The notes below the pieces were generated by a model, which searched no databases, was not told the DNA's origin, and saw only the letters and a list, made by a program, of their open reading frames with translations. Source: Marsupella aquatica (taxonomy: Eukaryota > Plantae > Marchantiophyta). Taken from it: a stretch of DNA of 64,000 nucleotides. The DNA is taken from NCBI GenBank assembly GCA_973895155.1, contig OZ316894.1:6782234-6846233 (forward strand). Direction: 5' to 3'. How positions within the stretch are numbered: the stretch's first letter is position 1; the number at the start of each line of letters is the position of its first letter. The translations under genes and the position numbers were made by a program. This document shows positions 1-11,989 of this stretch, one piece after another.

Positions 1-1129
1 AGAAACGTTGTAGTGAGTGGAAGCTTGTTATGTAGGCTTGCAAGGAAATCAATTTGCCATTACATGTTTGTGGGGAAGGTTCCATGTGCAATTTTAAACT
101 GCTTGTGGGACATGGTTTCTCCATCCATTTGATAGAAAGAATTTAGATCAAAGGTGCATTTTTGCAGTTAGGATGTGTATTCTTGTGCAATAATTGTTTG
201 TCTTATACGTTAGGTCTTTAGTTGATTTGATCGAGTCCTTTGAAAGAGACTAAACCTATCCTTAAAGGTTGTGCATCTTTTTGTGCAAGTTTAGATTAAA
301 AAAAATCTATCCCTGAAACTCAACCAGGCATGAGTACGTGGTGCAGATAGAGTTTTTCAATCTAAACTTTCAGAAACACTAAAACTTTGCAAGACAAGTA
401 GAAAGAAGTACGAAAAGCTTTCAATTTCAAAAATAGCTCAATTTCTTTTTGCCACTCACATATCAAATCCCAGTTTTTCAAAGCTATATAGTCTGAGTGA
501 CTTGGAAAGGTGCATCCCTGATGCACCATTGATTGAATTTCCAAATAGGTCTATTATGTACTTATATCCATTTCAACTCCTCTCAAGGATAATCTTCTTG
601 AAAATATAGATTTTATAACTCCAATGTCCCTCTTCTCTCTACAGTGAATGAATGTTGCTTGAATGTCATGCAACCACCACCCACTCAAAATTTTCTATTC
701 ATTATTTTGATCATTGTCAGACTCATTGTAAGGTTATGAAGCTTGCATTATTTTAGCCAAAAGGACTTCGATACTAGAAATCCTGCCAATTGCCGGAGTG
801 AAATCGCCATTTCTTTGGTCTGTCTCCAAAAAGGACTACTCTTGGGATTCTAATGTGGAAATTTGATCTCTAATTTACTTTACATAAAAGCTTATATTAT
901 TAGAAGCTACTATCTTGCTGGGGTGGTGGATTGCCAAAAACTGTAAAACATTGTGCTATCCAAATAGGTTTTGTTTTGTGACATTAGCTAAAATTTTGAA
1001 AAGCTAAGAATGTCAAAATGTTAGTTATCCTCGATAAATCTATAGTAGAAATATGGGATTTAATTTTTGCTTTGATTTAGAAAAATGTAAATTATGAAAT
1101 TAGGTATTGAACTTCTAATATTTAAAGTG

Positions 1130-1345
1130 AGCTTGACTCACAAAGTTATAAGTCAATGCATCTTTCAAATTGGCAACATGAGGCTTAGATTGTCTGGGCA
1201 CAAACAATCACAAAAAAATAAAATTGCTGGCAAATGGAGCACAGGCATGGAATTTTGAGATGGCGCATCAAAAGCTCAAGGAGTAGCAAGTCTGCCTAGC
1301 ATTGGATGACAATATGGCACCCTACTGCTATGGTAGTATGATTTA
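1130..1345. repeat. Dispersed repeat, copy 1 (degenerate TE fragment)
   Basis: Aligns by eye with about 30007-30360 (TTGACTCACAAAGTTAT...CAAATTGGCAACATGAGGCTTAG...GCTGGCAAATGGAGCA...CTATGGTAG). The second copy has an extra ~150-bp internal block. Confidence 0.7.
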
Positions 1346-2552
1346 ACAGGTAGTTATTATTAAGTAGTTATTCAACTTATTTTCACTGGTAAACACTTAC
1401 ATATATGCTTTTGGTGAAATAAATTAGGTGTTCCAATTAAAATTTTGGAATGAATTTTAATTTTTTGCTGAAATTACAATTGTAACTAAAAAAGTTATAA
1501 GTGAACTTTAAGTCATTTCATTCTTTGCATTTTTAATTTTCTTACATCCTCTTTTGAGAGCATGGCTCCTAACATGATGGAGGGCAGTTATTGGACTCAC
1601 AAATATGAATATTTTTGTTTGTTGCAAGTGCTGCTGATGTGGCACACTCCTGTGCCAGTGAATTGCAAAGGACCCCTCATAGGGGTCCGTAAATATTATT
1701 TCTAAATGAGCTCAGCAGTTTTTATTGGGTAAAAACTGCATTTATGTTTACGTGAATATGTATTTATGGAAGTAGCATGAAGAAAAAAATTGAAAATTTA
1801 TTTGTGAAAAATGAAGTACACTTTTTCACAAAATTTGATATCCCAACTATAGCACACGTTTCACATATTAAGAACTTTCCACAACCATGGCCTTTTTTCA
1901 CCGTCGCCACTAACATAAATAAGGGGTAGTACTACTTAATAATCATGATCCATCATCAACCATGTGTAAGTACAATATTGGTGGTTTTCATTAGCTTCCA
2001 ATTTCTTTTAAAGGGGTTGGTTGAATATGGCCAGTTTGCATGAGAAAGATTGGTCAGGCCGGAAGTTTTCTTAGCCTTATCGTCATAAGGTGAAGAAAAC
2101 ATGAGCCACCTGTAAAATTAGAGCTCTCTATTCAGGTCGCCGCATCTGTCATTCCTTGAGAGATTAACTTGCAGAAACACTGCTGAGAGACTGCCCATTC
2201 CACGCTCGCATTTTCAGACCCTGTCGGCAGGAACTAGTCTAAGGAATTTTAAAACAGGGATTTCAAGTTGGACAGCTAGGACAGCGAGTGTTTTCTTATG
2301 GGAACTTCACTACAACAGTGGCAAGGCCAATTTTGGTGGTCTCCACAACATGCAATGCGAGCCACCTCTGAAGATACTCTTCTCTGTCGATTGATGAAGT
2401 TTGGTCACTTCCAATCAACTGGGTGAACCAAAAAATAATATTTTGAACACAGTCTGCATAAAAAGTGGGGGATCTTGAGGCTGAGTCGTGGCAATTCTGT
2501 CAATCAAAACCCAGAACTGCTGGAAAGAAGTACTTCACATGAGGACTTTTGC

Positions 2553-5232
2553 TTACGCTCCTAAGCCCAGTAACAGGTTCAGAGCAATGGCAAAGGGAAA
2601 GAATATCGCGGTCTGGAACCATACCCTGCACAGCAAGACATTATTCAGTTCTAGACTGGACTTGTTGAGAATGTATGTATCTCATGTTTCTAGCGGCAGT
2701 TCCTTTTCATCATGCACTCACTGTTGAATTTCCTACTATTCCATGCTAAGACTCGACGTCGTTCCTTTCTCTTACCGGGTTAGTTACAAATCCAAGAAAT
2801 GAACAGTAAACAGAAATTATAAACCGTAGACTAGAATCACTTGACTAAATGTGAGAAGGAGGGAGAACGTACGCAGTACTTAAGATGTCAGCATGGACGT
2901 TGTATTGGCTTGCCAACACGAAGCTCATGAGCGCTTGGGGAACCATTGCCTGCATTAGAGAAGGTAAAGACCGGATAATTATTAGGCGAAAGTTGATAAT
3001 TGGAATTCCATTCTTCAACTCCTTATTTCGGTTGGGACCAGCCTTTCTTCATCAACCTGTACGTAATTCAGTTCACTTCAAATCAATGTATTTCTCCTTT
3101 ACGATGTATTCCGTTTCAATGTGAAAAAAAATTTAAAATAAATTATAAAGTGAACTGATTGATGGCGTCGATGGTAAGTCTCTTGCCAAGCTTTCTGCTA
3201 CCTTAGAAAATCACTTACTTGCAAGACCGCGACACGGAACATATTGCCACGGAGACCAACGGCACAGGAGATCATGGCCATGCCACCAGGTGCTACTATG
3301 AACCGCAAACCTACACCCAAAAGGGTCTTCTGTATCCCACCAGCAAAGAGTTTTGGCGCTACGCACATGTTCATACCTTCACATAGGAAAATAGACCAGC
3401 TTATGATCAACAAGTCAAGTTACAATTACAGGTCTAATTCGGGAAGACTTTAATAGACTTCAGAACCTCACGCCGTGTGCAAGCGTCCTCTCCAATGATT
3501 CCGCATGAAAATGTCTCTCAATCTATATCGAATGGCTCTTTAGCTTAGGACGTTAATGAAGTCCCTTCTTTGTAACAAGAGTACTATCATGGAGCAATAG
3601 TTTCCCTACTCGAGACTTTAGTACTAAGAGATAAGTACGCAAAGCTTTCGCTGGTGCAAATGCGAAAGCTGGTAGAATTTCAGAAGGCGGATGATTCTAA
3701 AGACGTCCAACATCATTTGATTTACAACGGAGCATATTCGAGAGCTTTCCAACTTACCGACCATGAACATGCAAATTCCAAGGGAGCTATCGGCCATCAG
3801 ATCAATAAATGACTTCAATATAGCTGGTAATGCTTTTCCCTCATTGAATCTGGAGATGAAAAGAAGCAACTTAGTAATTCCGAATTGTCTCTAGATAATG
3901 TGAGAGATCATGATGCTCGAACGACTTCTACCTGTGTTAGATTTCATCCTCCAAGTGTCTTCTGTAATAATCGGAGCTCAAAGCTGATCTATATATTAAC
4001 CACCTAGTCGAGTAGACTCGGACTTGGCCTGGGCCAGGCCAATTTTGGTTTTGAGGATAGTTAAGCGGAGGGAATACGTGCTGTCCAGAGGTCTTTCGCG
4101 TGCATACCATAATGCCACGAGAGCTGGCCCCAGACGCAGGGCCCTTTCCATACAGATACATTGAGCCATCACCCTGGTAACGTGTCTGATCGGGTGACTT
4201 AGATCATTGGTTCAGATTGCATCCTGAGGGAGTCTTAGTCACCCCATAAACAGAGAATCTAGCTTTCCCAGAACTCAAACATGCAGACTGCAATTTCAAA
4301 CCTCTCATAAATGCACAGAACAATTATGTTACCGAAGGCAGGTCACTAAGGTCAGACCAACAGACGCTGGATAATCCTTGGAAAATTAAGTACCAACATT
4401 ACTAATTGTATCCTTACTTGAAATTTAAAAGCGAATAGGTAAATCCGACGATGCTCGCCCACACAATCGGCGCCCAAAGTAACTTTAACAACACAGTCTG
4501 CGCAATCTTCTTGGCAGCTTGGCTTTTTGTCGACTTTACCTTCACCACACCTGTCTCAGCGTAATTTGCGTGCAGCCCTTCAGGCTCGGTCCCAGCATCT
4601 TGTGGTATGTGTATGACAATTTTACCATCCGCTACCCCTGGCTGCTGCTGCTGCCCTTCACCTTGTTCACGATCTCTCACTGAAGAAGAAATCTTTTGCC
4701 ACTGATCAGTAACAATATCCACCTTCACCTCAGATTCTTTCGAGCTTGTGTACACAGCTTTCTGGATTTCCAATAGGAGGATGCAGACACCATACCACAG
4801 CAAGCCCTGCATGAAGACCAGGGCAGAGACATCTTTGGCACTGCCTGGGTAGAGGGACGTCAGAAGAGGAGTACCGATGAGTACAGTATTTGTCATTGTA
4901 GCCAGATTGAACAGCAAACTCACCCAAGCCAAGGATTGATGCGATGACGTTGATCGACAGAAGCAGCCGATACACAGAACGAACAACACGGCAACTTTGA
5001 AAATAGTATCTGCGGCGATGAGCTTCAGGTCCATTTGGTAGGGATTGTTGGTACCGATCATGCGGAAAACGAGAAACGGAAGTGAAAATTTGCTAACAAA
5101 GCCACCAATGCCCCCATAGGTCTGCTCATGAGGAAGGATTTGCAGCTTTGAGGATGCATAGCCCAGCCCTATGCACAGATACAAGGGAACAACTGCATTC
5201 ACAAGATCAACTAGAGCCGATCCGCTCACCAT
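2553..5232 (-). CDS. PIN: Short/non-canonical PIN-FORMED auxin efflux carrier, 404 aa. Exons 5232-4418, 3849-3758, 3376-3219, 2949-2873, 2625-2553
   Basis: N-terminal TM block has PIN motifs (VPLY..LGYAS, FSLP.L.F..I..NNPY.MDLKLIAAD, TNTVLIGTPLL, FMQ.LLWY). Downstream exons splice in frame at GT-AG sites to give LPAILKSFIDLMADSSLGICMF / LRFIVAP..M...AVGLRG..FRVAVLQ / AMVPQALMSFVLASQYNVHADILSTA / VWFQTAIFFPFAIALNLLLGLGA*. The 158- and 77-nt exons are the usual PIN sizes. Confidence 0.95.
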
Positions 5233-7480
5233 GATTGCAATTGAGCCCTTCCTCGGCAGATTCCTGAACCATAAGCTTGCCGCTTGGACAATTCCACACG
5301 ATCCTACGAATTTCGCTTTACCGTTAATTGTGGTGACGGCCTAAGTTCGTAGGATTTGTCTTACCGGTACGTAGTTCAGACCACGTTCACTTTTATAGTC
5401 ATGTCATTCTAACAGTTGTGGACTCTGCATTGAAAGTGGGAACCGCCTCCATGGACGAAAGCGTTCTCCACGTACAACTCGCGAATTATATCCATCTACA
5501 GGCAAAAATGCACCCACCTGTTATCCTGCATCAGAAATATAAAGAAAGAACTCAAGGAGAAGGTTGTTCGTTCTCGATAACGTCAGCTAAACTTCTGTAC
5601 GGCTAATCTTACGGTGACGGGCCTCACCATAAGAAATTCACATCTATGGAAAGTTGGCATCCATCCTAGGGAAGTATCTTCTTACCACACCTTTTATTCC
5701 GCAACAGAAACTGTGATACTAAAGAAAATCATATGTTGTGCATCTTGCAACTCGGTAAGGGCAACACCTGGCTAGTCTGGAGCGCGTTAGCAGTGGACTC
5801 GGAACAAGCAAACTTTGAATTCCACAGATACTTGAAATTATAAGAATGCAGAAAGCCACAGGATGAATAGTTTGACTGCTGTATGTCGTCCACATGATGC
5901 TGTATCTTCGACACAAGCCAGATTTTACGGAGGAGAATATTTTCTGCTGGATCCTTTAACCGAGCCGTGGCCCCCGGCATGCTCTGTCACGCACAAACAT
6001 GAAATGATCGAATCGCAGTATGAACACATCAGGCTTACGCTGAAGATGGCAAGGCACCATTCCAATACCAGCAAAGCACGGCAGGCATGTTCTCAAGGTG
6101 GCAAGCGGCCTTTCAAATACCGGACGAGTACAGTTTGAGAAGGGGAAACTGAAAACGCGCTAGAAACCTTTCGAGTCAGTAACTTGTAGCCCTGATAGTT
6201 ATTAGTTCCTAAGATTCCGATTTACTTTCATGTTCAATTTATCAATTCCAACATCATTTGAGTTGACATTCTTCACTCAATCACCTCAAAATCATGAAAT
6301 ACACAATTGATAAATTAAGATTGAAAATGGCCATGATCAGCAGTATTAATCAAACAAAGAATTAACTTCCTGAAGATGTATAGTACATGTCCATCAGCCC
6401 TTACACCGATAGCACAACTCTATGTAGAATAGACTCATTAAATCTAATTAAACAACCCCATCATCGTAAACTTCCTTCAAATCTGTTCCAAAATTTCCGA
6501 TGGATGTCGAAAGCCAGAGAGACGTGATCAATAGCGTACTCTCACATTCAATCAAACAGTCCATCGCCGCAAAAGTTGCATCAGAGATTCACAATCATTA
6601 TGGGCAATCCGTCCATCTTCTCCTGCATGGAGTACAGCTGCTTACGAAGCTCCCCAGTCTACCGCAGCTGCGCACCATTGGCTGCTCAAATACCAGCGCA
6701 CCGCTATTTCAAAGCTGCAATGGCGACAAATCAAGAATATATTGTGTACCATTAAAGGTAATCCTTTGGCCCTCAACAGATGAGCAGTTCGAACGATCTA
6801 TGAGACTGCGGGACCTAAAAAGTGGGAAAAGATCATTCAATCATCAGTTCATCATTGAGATACCGAAAGCCAGGCACTGTTCGTACTGAATCGTCAGGGC
6901 CCTAAAAGTATCGGTTCTTTGTCGGCACGGACTAATGAGCTCCACTCGGCATGTCGAGGTTCGAACTTGGTTTACGGGAAATGAGAAGATGCTTTCGAAG
7001 ACGTACGAGTGACATTTTCCGGTCGCACGACTGTCAACGATCGGTGGATATGTAAATGTGGCCGAGATCTCGTGTCTTGACCAATCAACCCCTTCACTCA
7101 GGCCGTCATATTTTTTCCCCCTTGACATGACGAGTCGAATGTCGTACTTCCCAGCGCAAAATTGATGCAACCTTCCAGTTCCCCAAAAAGGTGACCTCTA
7201 CTTTTGCATCTTTTGCATCTTTTGCAAGTGGGTGTTGTGTTTGCATTCAACACTATCGACATGTGCAGTATGGGGGAACGACGGTAGTGTCAGCCTTTTT
7301 GCATGTCAAGGGCACTACGAAAGTCAGTTCTACCTGCTCCCAAAACAATTGGCTTTCGCTCATTCCCAGAAACTTGCAAGCAGGGTACAAAAGTGGCACG
7401 ATGACGGTATGCCAGAAAATCAAAATTCTATGACTGTGATTGTATTCAAGTGAACTGGACCGGGAAAACTAGTTAAATCC

Positions 7481-7870
7481 ACTATCCCAATCCCTATGCG
7501 TTGCCAGTCTCACACGGTAAGGGTCATTAGCCCAATGACTTTGTGTTGCACATCAGATGCCAAGTGAATATGTGAGAAAAGATGTTGAGAAAGAAAAAAA
7601 TTATATTGAAGTGAGTAAGCAATGTCTAGGTAAGAAAAAATATCAATTATAAGAGAAAACAAGTCCAGGTGAGAAAACAATGGTGGAATGAGTAAAAGAT
7701 GTCCAGGACACAGAACCATTTCAAAGAGACAAAATGATATCCAGATGAGAAAACAATGTCCAGGAGACAGAACTATTTCAAAGAGACAAAATGATATCCA
7801 GATGAGAAAACAATGTCCAGATGAGAAAAATATGTTGAGACAATAAATATGTCAAATAAATTAGGCAAAG
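7481..7870 (-). mobile_element. Probable Helitron 3' end (minus strand) with subterminal minisatellite, including a 57-bp tandem duplication (7701-7815)
   Basis: Reverse complement of 7481-7504 reads GCAACGCATAGGGATTGGGATAGT, similar to the 9426-9450 terminus GCAACGCAAGGGCATGGGGCTAGT. It is followed by degenerate GATGTCCAGGTGAGAAAA units. Confidence 0.4.
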
Positions 7871-9199
7871 ATTTCAAGATAAGGCAAGAAAATATAGGCC
7901 TGCAGAGATAGTTGGGAGATAGTTGTAGATGCTGTTATGTGTCATATATCCAGGCCATAAAATTGTTGTGATCATGTTCAAAACTTGTGCCTTGCAAAAA
8001 AATGTAGTTGCATAAAAGATAGATACAGCTTCCATGTAATAGGTGTGTCACATGTTTCATTTTGTAATTAATAGCCATTTATTATTCTATGATATAATTC
8101 GCACATGCACCACATCCCCTAGTAGTCTTTGGTACATAGCTCCCCTTCATTATTGGCTGACATAAATTACACAGGTATCACATCCCCTAGTAGTCTATGG
8201 TACATAGCTCTTTTTTTTTGGGGGGGGGGGGGGGGGGGGTGCAGAGGCGGCGAGATCAATTGCTGCTGCATTGGTGGCATCCAAAGTAGAATAATCACAT
8301 CAACAACATTTAACATATGGTGCTGTCATCTCTGTCTTAAAAAAGAAGAATCAAGAGAATCAAATCTCAACAAGTGGGAAAAGTAACCTAGACTAAATTT
8401 GCGAACTAGTGTCAACAATCTTTGGTGTAGAATTCAATGGCAGGTGGAGGACAGAGTTGCAAGGAAAGCCCAAGTGGGTGAGAAATATTTACTTTACAAT
8501 TATTGATGTTACTACCTGAAACCCTGTGCAAGCTCTCCTCTTTACAGTTTTTGATGCCTATTTTTTATGCCTAGGTAAATAGTAAATCAAATCATTGATC
8601 ACCCTTGCTATTGCTATTTTTCAAGCCTTCAAAAGACGTTTGCACCATTAATAGTATTACCAATACTAAACATTGGGATGACTAGTGTCTGGAATAATTG
8701 ATCTCCCCAAAAAAGGGGGCCATTAACGCACAGTTTATCTACATCTATAATTGCCTCGAAAAAGGACTTTGGGTCTGCTTACAAACTTGGAAATGGAGGG
8801 AATCAACCTAAGCAGTCAGACTACTTTTTAAGTTTTTTGTGTACTCTTGGATTGATTGACCAGAAAGAATACAGACTATATGAGATGATTCTTATGTACA
8901 TTCTTATGTGACATCATCTAAATGTATTTTTCTCTTTTATTAAATTACACACATCCCAACTAGAAACTTTTGGGGTATGTCAAAATTTTTGGATTTTGCA
9001 TAGAGTATGATTATATATTACTCTCCCAGGTACCTATCCTGAATACTAAGATAATGGGGAAAAGCCACAAGGAGTGAGGGGGGAGAGGGTTGGTTTCCTA
9101 AGATAAAGGGAAAAAAGAAGTAAAATAAAGTTGAGTACATGGAAAAACTACAAAGCAAGAAAAGGATCTTTCCTCAACCCTCATCTAAACATTTTTGCC

Positions 9200-9450
9200 T
9201 CTCCTTGACATCTTTCCCTCCCCTCGACATCTTGCCCTTGCCTGGACAATTTTGCCTCTTATTGACATCTAGCCCTTGCCTCGACATCTTGCCCTCACCT
9301 CAAAATGTTGCATTCACCTTGACATCCAGCCTTCTACCTCAACATCTTGCCTTCACCTAGAAATCGCCCTTACCTCAACATCTTGCCCTCACTTGAAATC
9401 TTGCCCCTCACCTCAACATCTTTCGAGCAACGCAAGGGCATGGGGCTAGT
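9200..9450 (+). mobile_element. Probable Helitron 3' end preceded by a ~19-20-bp minisatellite (CCTCRACATCTTGCCCTCA)
   Basis: About 10 degenerate units, then TCGAGCAACGCAAGGGCATGGGGCTAG|T. This matches the plant Helitron 3' pattern (GCAACGCACGGGCA...CTAG followed by T). Confidence 0.5.
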
Positions 9451-9949
9451 ACTTTATAATTATTAAGTGAACCTCTTCTCAGGTCAAAAATATGTAGTCA
9501 AATTGTCGCATTGTATTCATAAATTGTGATGAACCAAGAGTTGGGGTTTAGGCTTCTAGAGTGAAGCCTCTAAGTAGACCATGACACTAGAGCCCCACCA
9601 AAATGAATGTGGATGTAAAGAATGCTATGTGTGTCAAAAGAATGATCATGCATGAATTCTTTTCATTTCTATTGACATTCGGGTTTGAATGGGCATTCAT
9701 GCTTGTCTGTAAAATCACCTCTTAATCACAAAATCAGTTTGGTCTTTGTGTACGACTGTGACAAATCTTTTACTTCGCACTCATCTGTAAAATCAACTCT
9801 TTCTCACAGAATAGATTTGTTCTTCCGTATCACAATGAAGACCTTTGCTTACCACGGCAGTGCCTCTACAAAGAGGTGATGACATTGTCAAAAAACTTAT
9901 TTGGACACATGCGGAGTCAAATTATGTTATGTTCATACTAGCTTGATGT

Positions 9950-10660
9950 TGCACAAAAGATGTTGAGGTGAAAAAAGAAAAGATGTCGAGGTGAAGCAAA
10001 AATGTTGGTATGAAAAAATTTGTCGATGAGAGAAAAAGTTGACGACGCGAACAAAAGCTATTGGTGTGAAAACAGTTGTCGATGAGAGAAAAAGACATCA
10101 AGGTGAAAAAAAAAGTTGAGGAGAGAAAAGATGGCAAGGTGAGAAAAAGATGTAAAGATGATGAAAACATGTCGAGGAGAGAAAATATATCGAGGGTGAG
10201 GGAAAGATGCCCGAGATCCTCACTTCTTTTCTTTTGAATGACCCATCACGCGCGAATAATTATAGGGTTTTTTATTGGGTTTAGTGAAATACTTTTAAAT
10301 TTTTGTTGAAGAACATTAGGGTTATTTTAATCCAATTTTGAGAATTATAAGAATCATAAGAATCATAGGGTTTTTTAAAATCAAATATGGGAATATTCTT
10401 TGAATATTTCATTAAGTTAAGGGTAAAAAAATTCAGAAAAAAAAACTTTATTGACTTAACTTTTAGGGTGTTTATTCCCCCAAAACTTTGAGCGTGATCT
10501 GAGACACCCCTTGGATTGAGGCCCCAGAGGAAAGATGTCATGGTGAGGTAAAGAACACAAAAAATGTCATGCATTGCACATAAGATGTTGAGGTGAAGAA
10601 AAGATGTTGAAATGAGAAAAAAATGTCAAGGTGAGACAAAGTTGCCGAGGAAACACCAAA
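9950..10660 (-). repeat. Opposite-orientation array of the same minisatellite (AAAGATGTYGAGGTGAGAA)
   Basis: Repeated GATGTCGAGG/GATGTTGAGG cores at ~20-bp spacing in 9950-10210 and 10530-10660; reverse complement of the 9200-9420 units. Confidence 0.65.
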
Positions 10661-11507
10661 AATTGCAGACAAACTCATTCCCCTATGCGCCACAAAAGTT
10701 GCATAACAAATGTCACTGTTTGATGGTATTAGTCATTGTTGCAAAAATATTGTCATTTTGGTCATTATTGTGAACCTGTTATTGTTGAGGATGATGAAGG
10801 TGAGAACATGGAGAGTTCGCTTTAGCTTTCCTACTTTGCGTTTCTGTTTGACAAAAGCTAGAAAATTACTCTGTATGTCCCGTTATTACATCCTTTTTTT
10901 CATGTGCTGCTCGCTCGAGGGATAATTTACCGCTACCCAGCTGGGAAAAAAAGGGGAGACGTGCCATTTTTGGCTATCGGGAGGCACGCCTGTCGTCAGA
11001 GTCCATGAGTGCTAGATTTTCTTCTCGTACTGGTCATTAAATAAGTTAAAGGGTTTTTTGGTTAAAACACATGCTAACCAAAGGCCCGTAGGGTATGTGA
11101 TTTACAACTTCGCAAACTTGTAATCTGGTTGGTAATCATAGTGTCCTGTCATTGCAAGATGGATGACAGTGGCCATTACCTCACAGAGTCATAACATGAT
11201 CAACCAAAAAAAACAATGTAATTTTTATTAAGATTAAAAATATAATATTTTTAATACTTATATTTACGTACATACTTTTTTTTTAAATGGAGAGGAAAAT
11301 TAAAAATTATCTCACTTTATACTCTTCTCTATTTTTCCTACCCTTTTGATTCTCCTCTTCCTCAATTTTTGTTCCTTTTATTCCCTTATCTGTCCCTTCT
11401 GCATTTTTCCCTTCATGCCAATTTCTCATTACCTTCTCCCTGACCTTTGGATAGTACTTTTATCTTTATATCTTTATGAGAGTAAAAACGGCAATGTAGT
11501 TCAATTT

Positions 11508-11621
11508 TGTGATAATGTGAATGTCAATAAGTGTGTATAGAGTTTTGAATGGTGTGTACATATAGTTGTGTCGGGTGACCGACTGGTCTGGTCAACGGGT
11601 AAAGTTGGGTAGAGTCTAACA
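11508..11621 (-). repeat. 3' LTR of the Bianca copia
   Basis: TGTGATAATG...GTCTAACA; direct repeat of 18243-18356; adjacent to the PPT at 11622-11630. Confidence 0.95.
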
Positions 11622-11989
11622 CTCCCCCTTGGATATATAGTGACTACTATGTAGACAACATAGACTATACCTATCATATCATGTTCATAGGAAATACATG
11701 GTATGAGTACAAGCGAGGTAGACTGCCTCGTTAAAAAACCTTTATCAACTCAGATAGCTATGTAAAAACTCTACCAGTGTAGCAGAGAAAAAGTATGAGT
11801 GTTGAAGGAAAAAGAGTGCAGCCTAATAGTCCTCGTCATAATAAATGTTAATACTAAATAAAGTCAGATGCTATAGTAAATCTAGCTTTAACATCTATCG
11901 CAACAGTAGGTCATCAGCGTCATGTCGTCAGCATCATGTCGTCGGTATCATCAATCATCATGTGGAGCAGCAGCCTCCACGGACATCAT

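Noticed and set aside
6610-6680. Short self-complementary stretch with GAGTACAGCT, reminiscent of miR529
   Set aside because: No 21-nt match to a conserved plant miRNA that I recognise and no long precursor hairpin.
8211-8239. T-run followed by ~20 G
   Set aside because: Simple homopolymer within TE-like sequence; length unreliable and no functional context.
9200-9420. Regularly spaced short repeats suggestive of a CRISPR array
   Set aside because: Units are contiguous and degenerate with no unique spacers; eukaryotic context and no cas genes.
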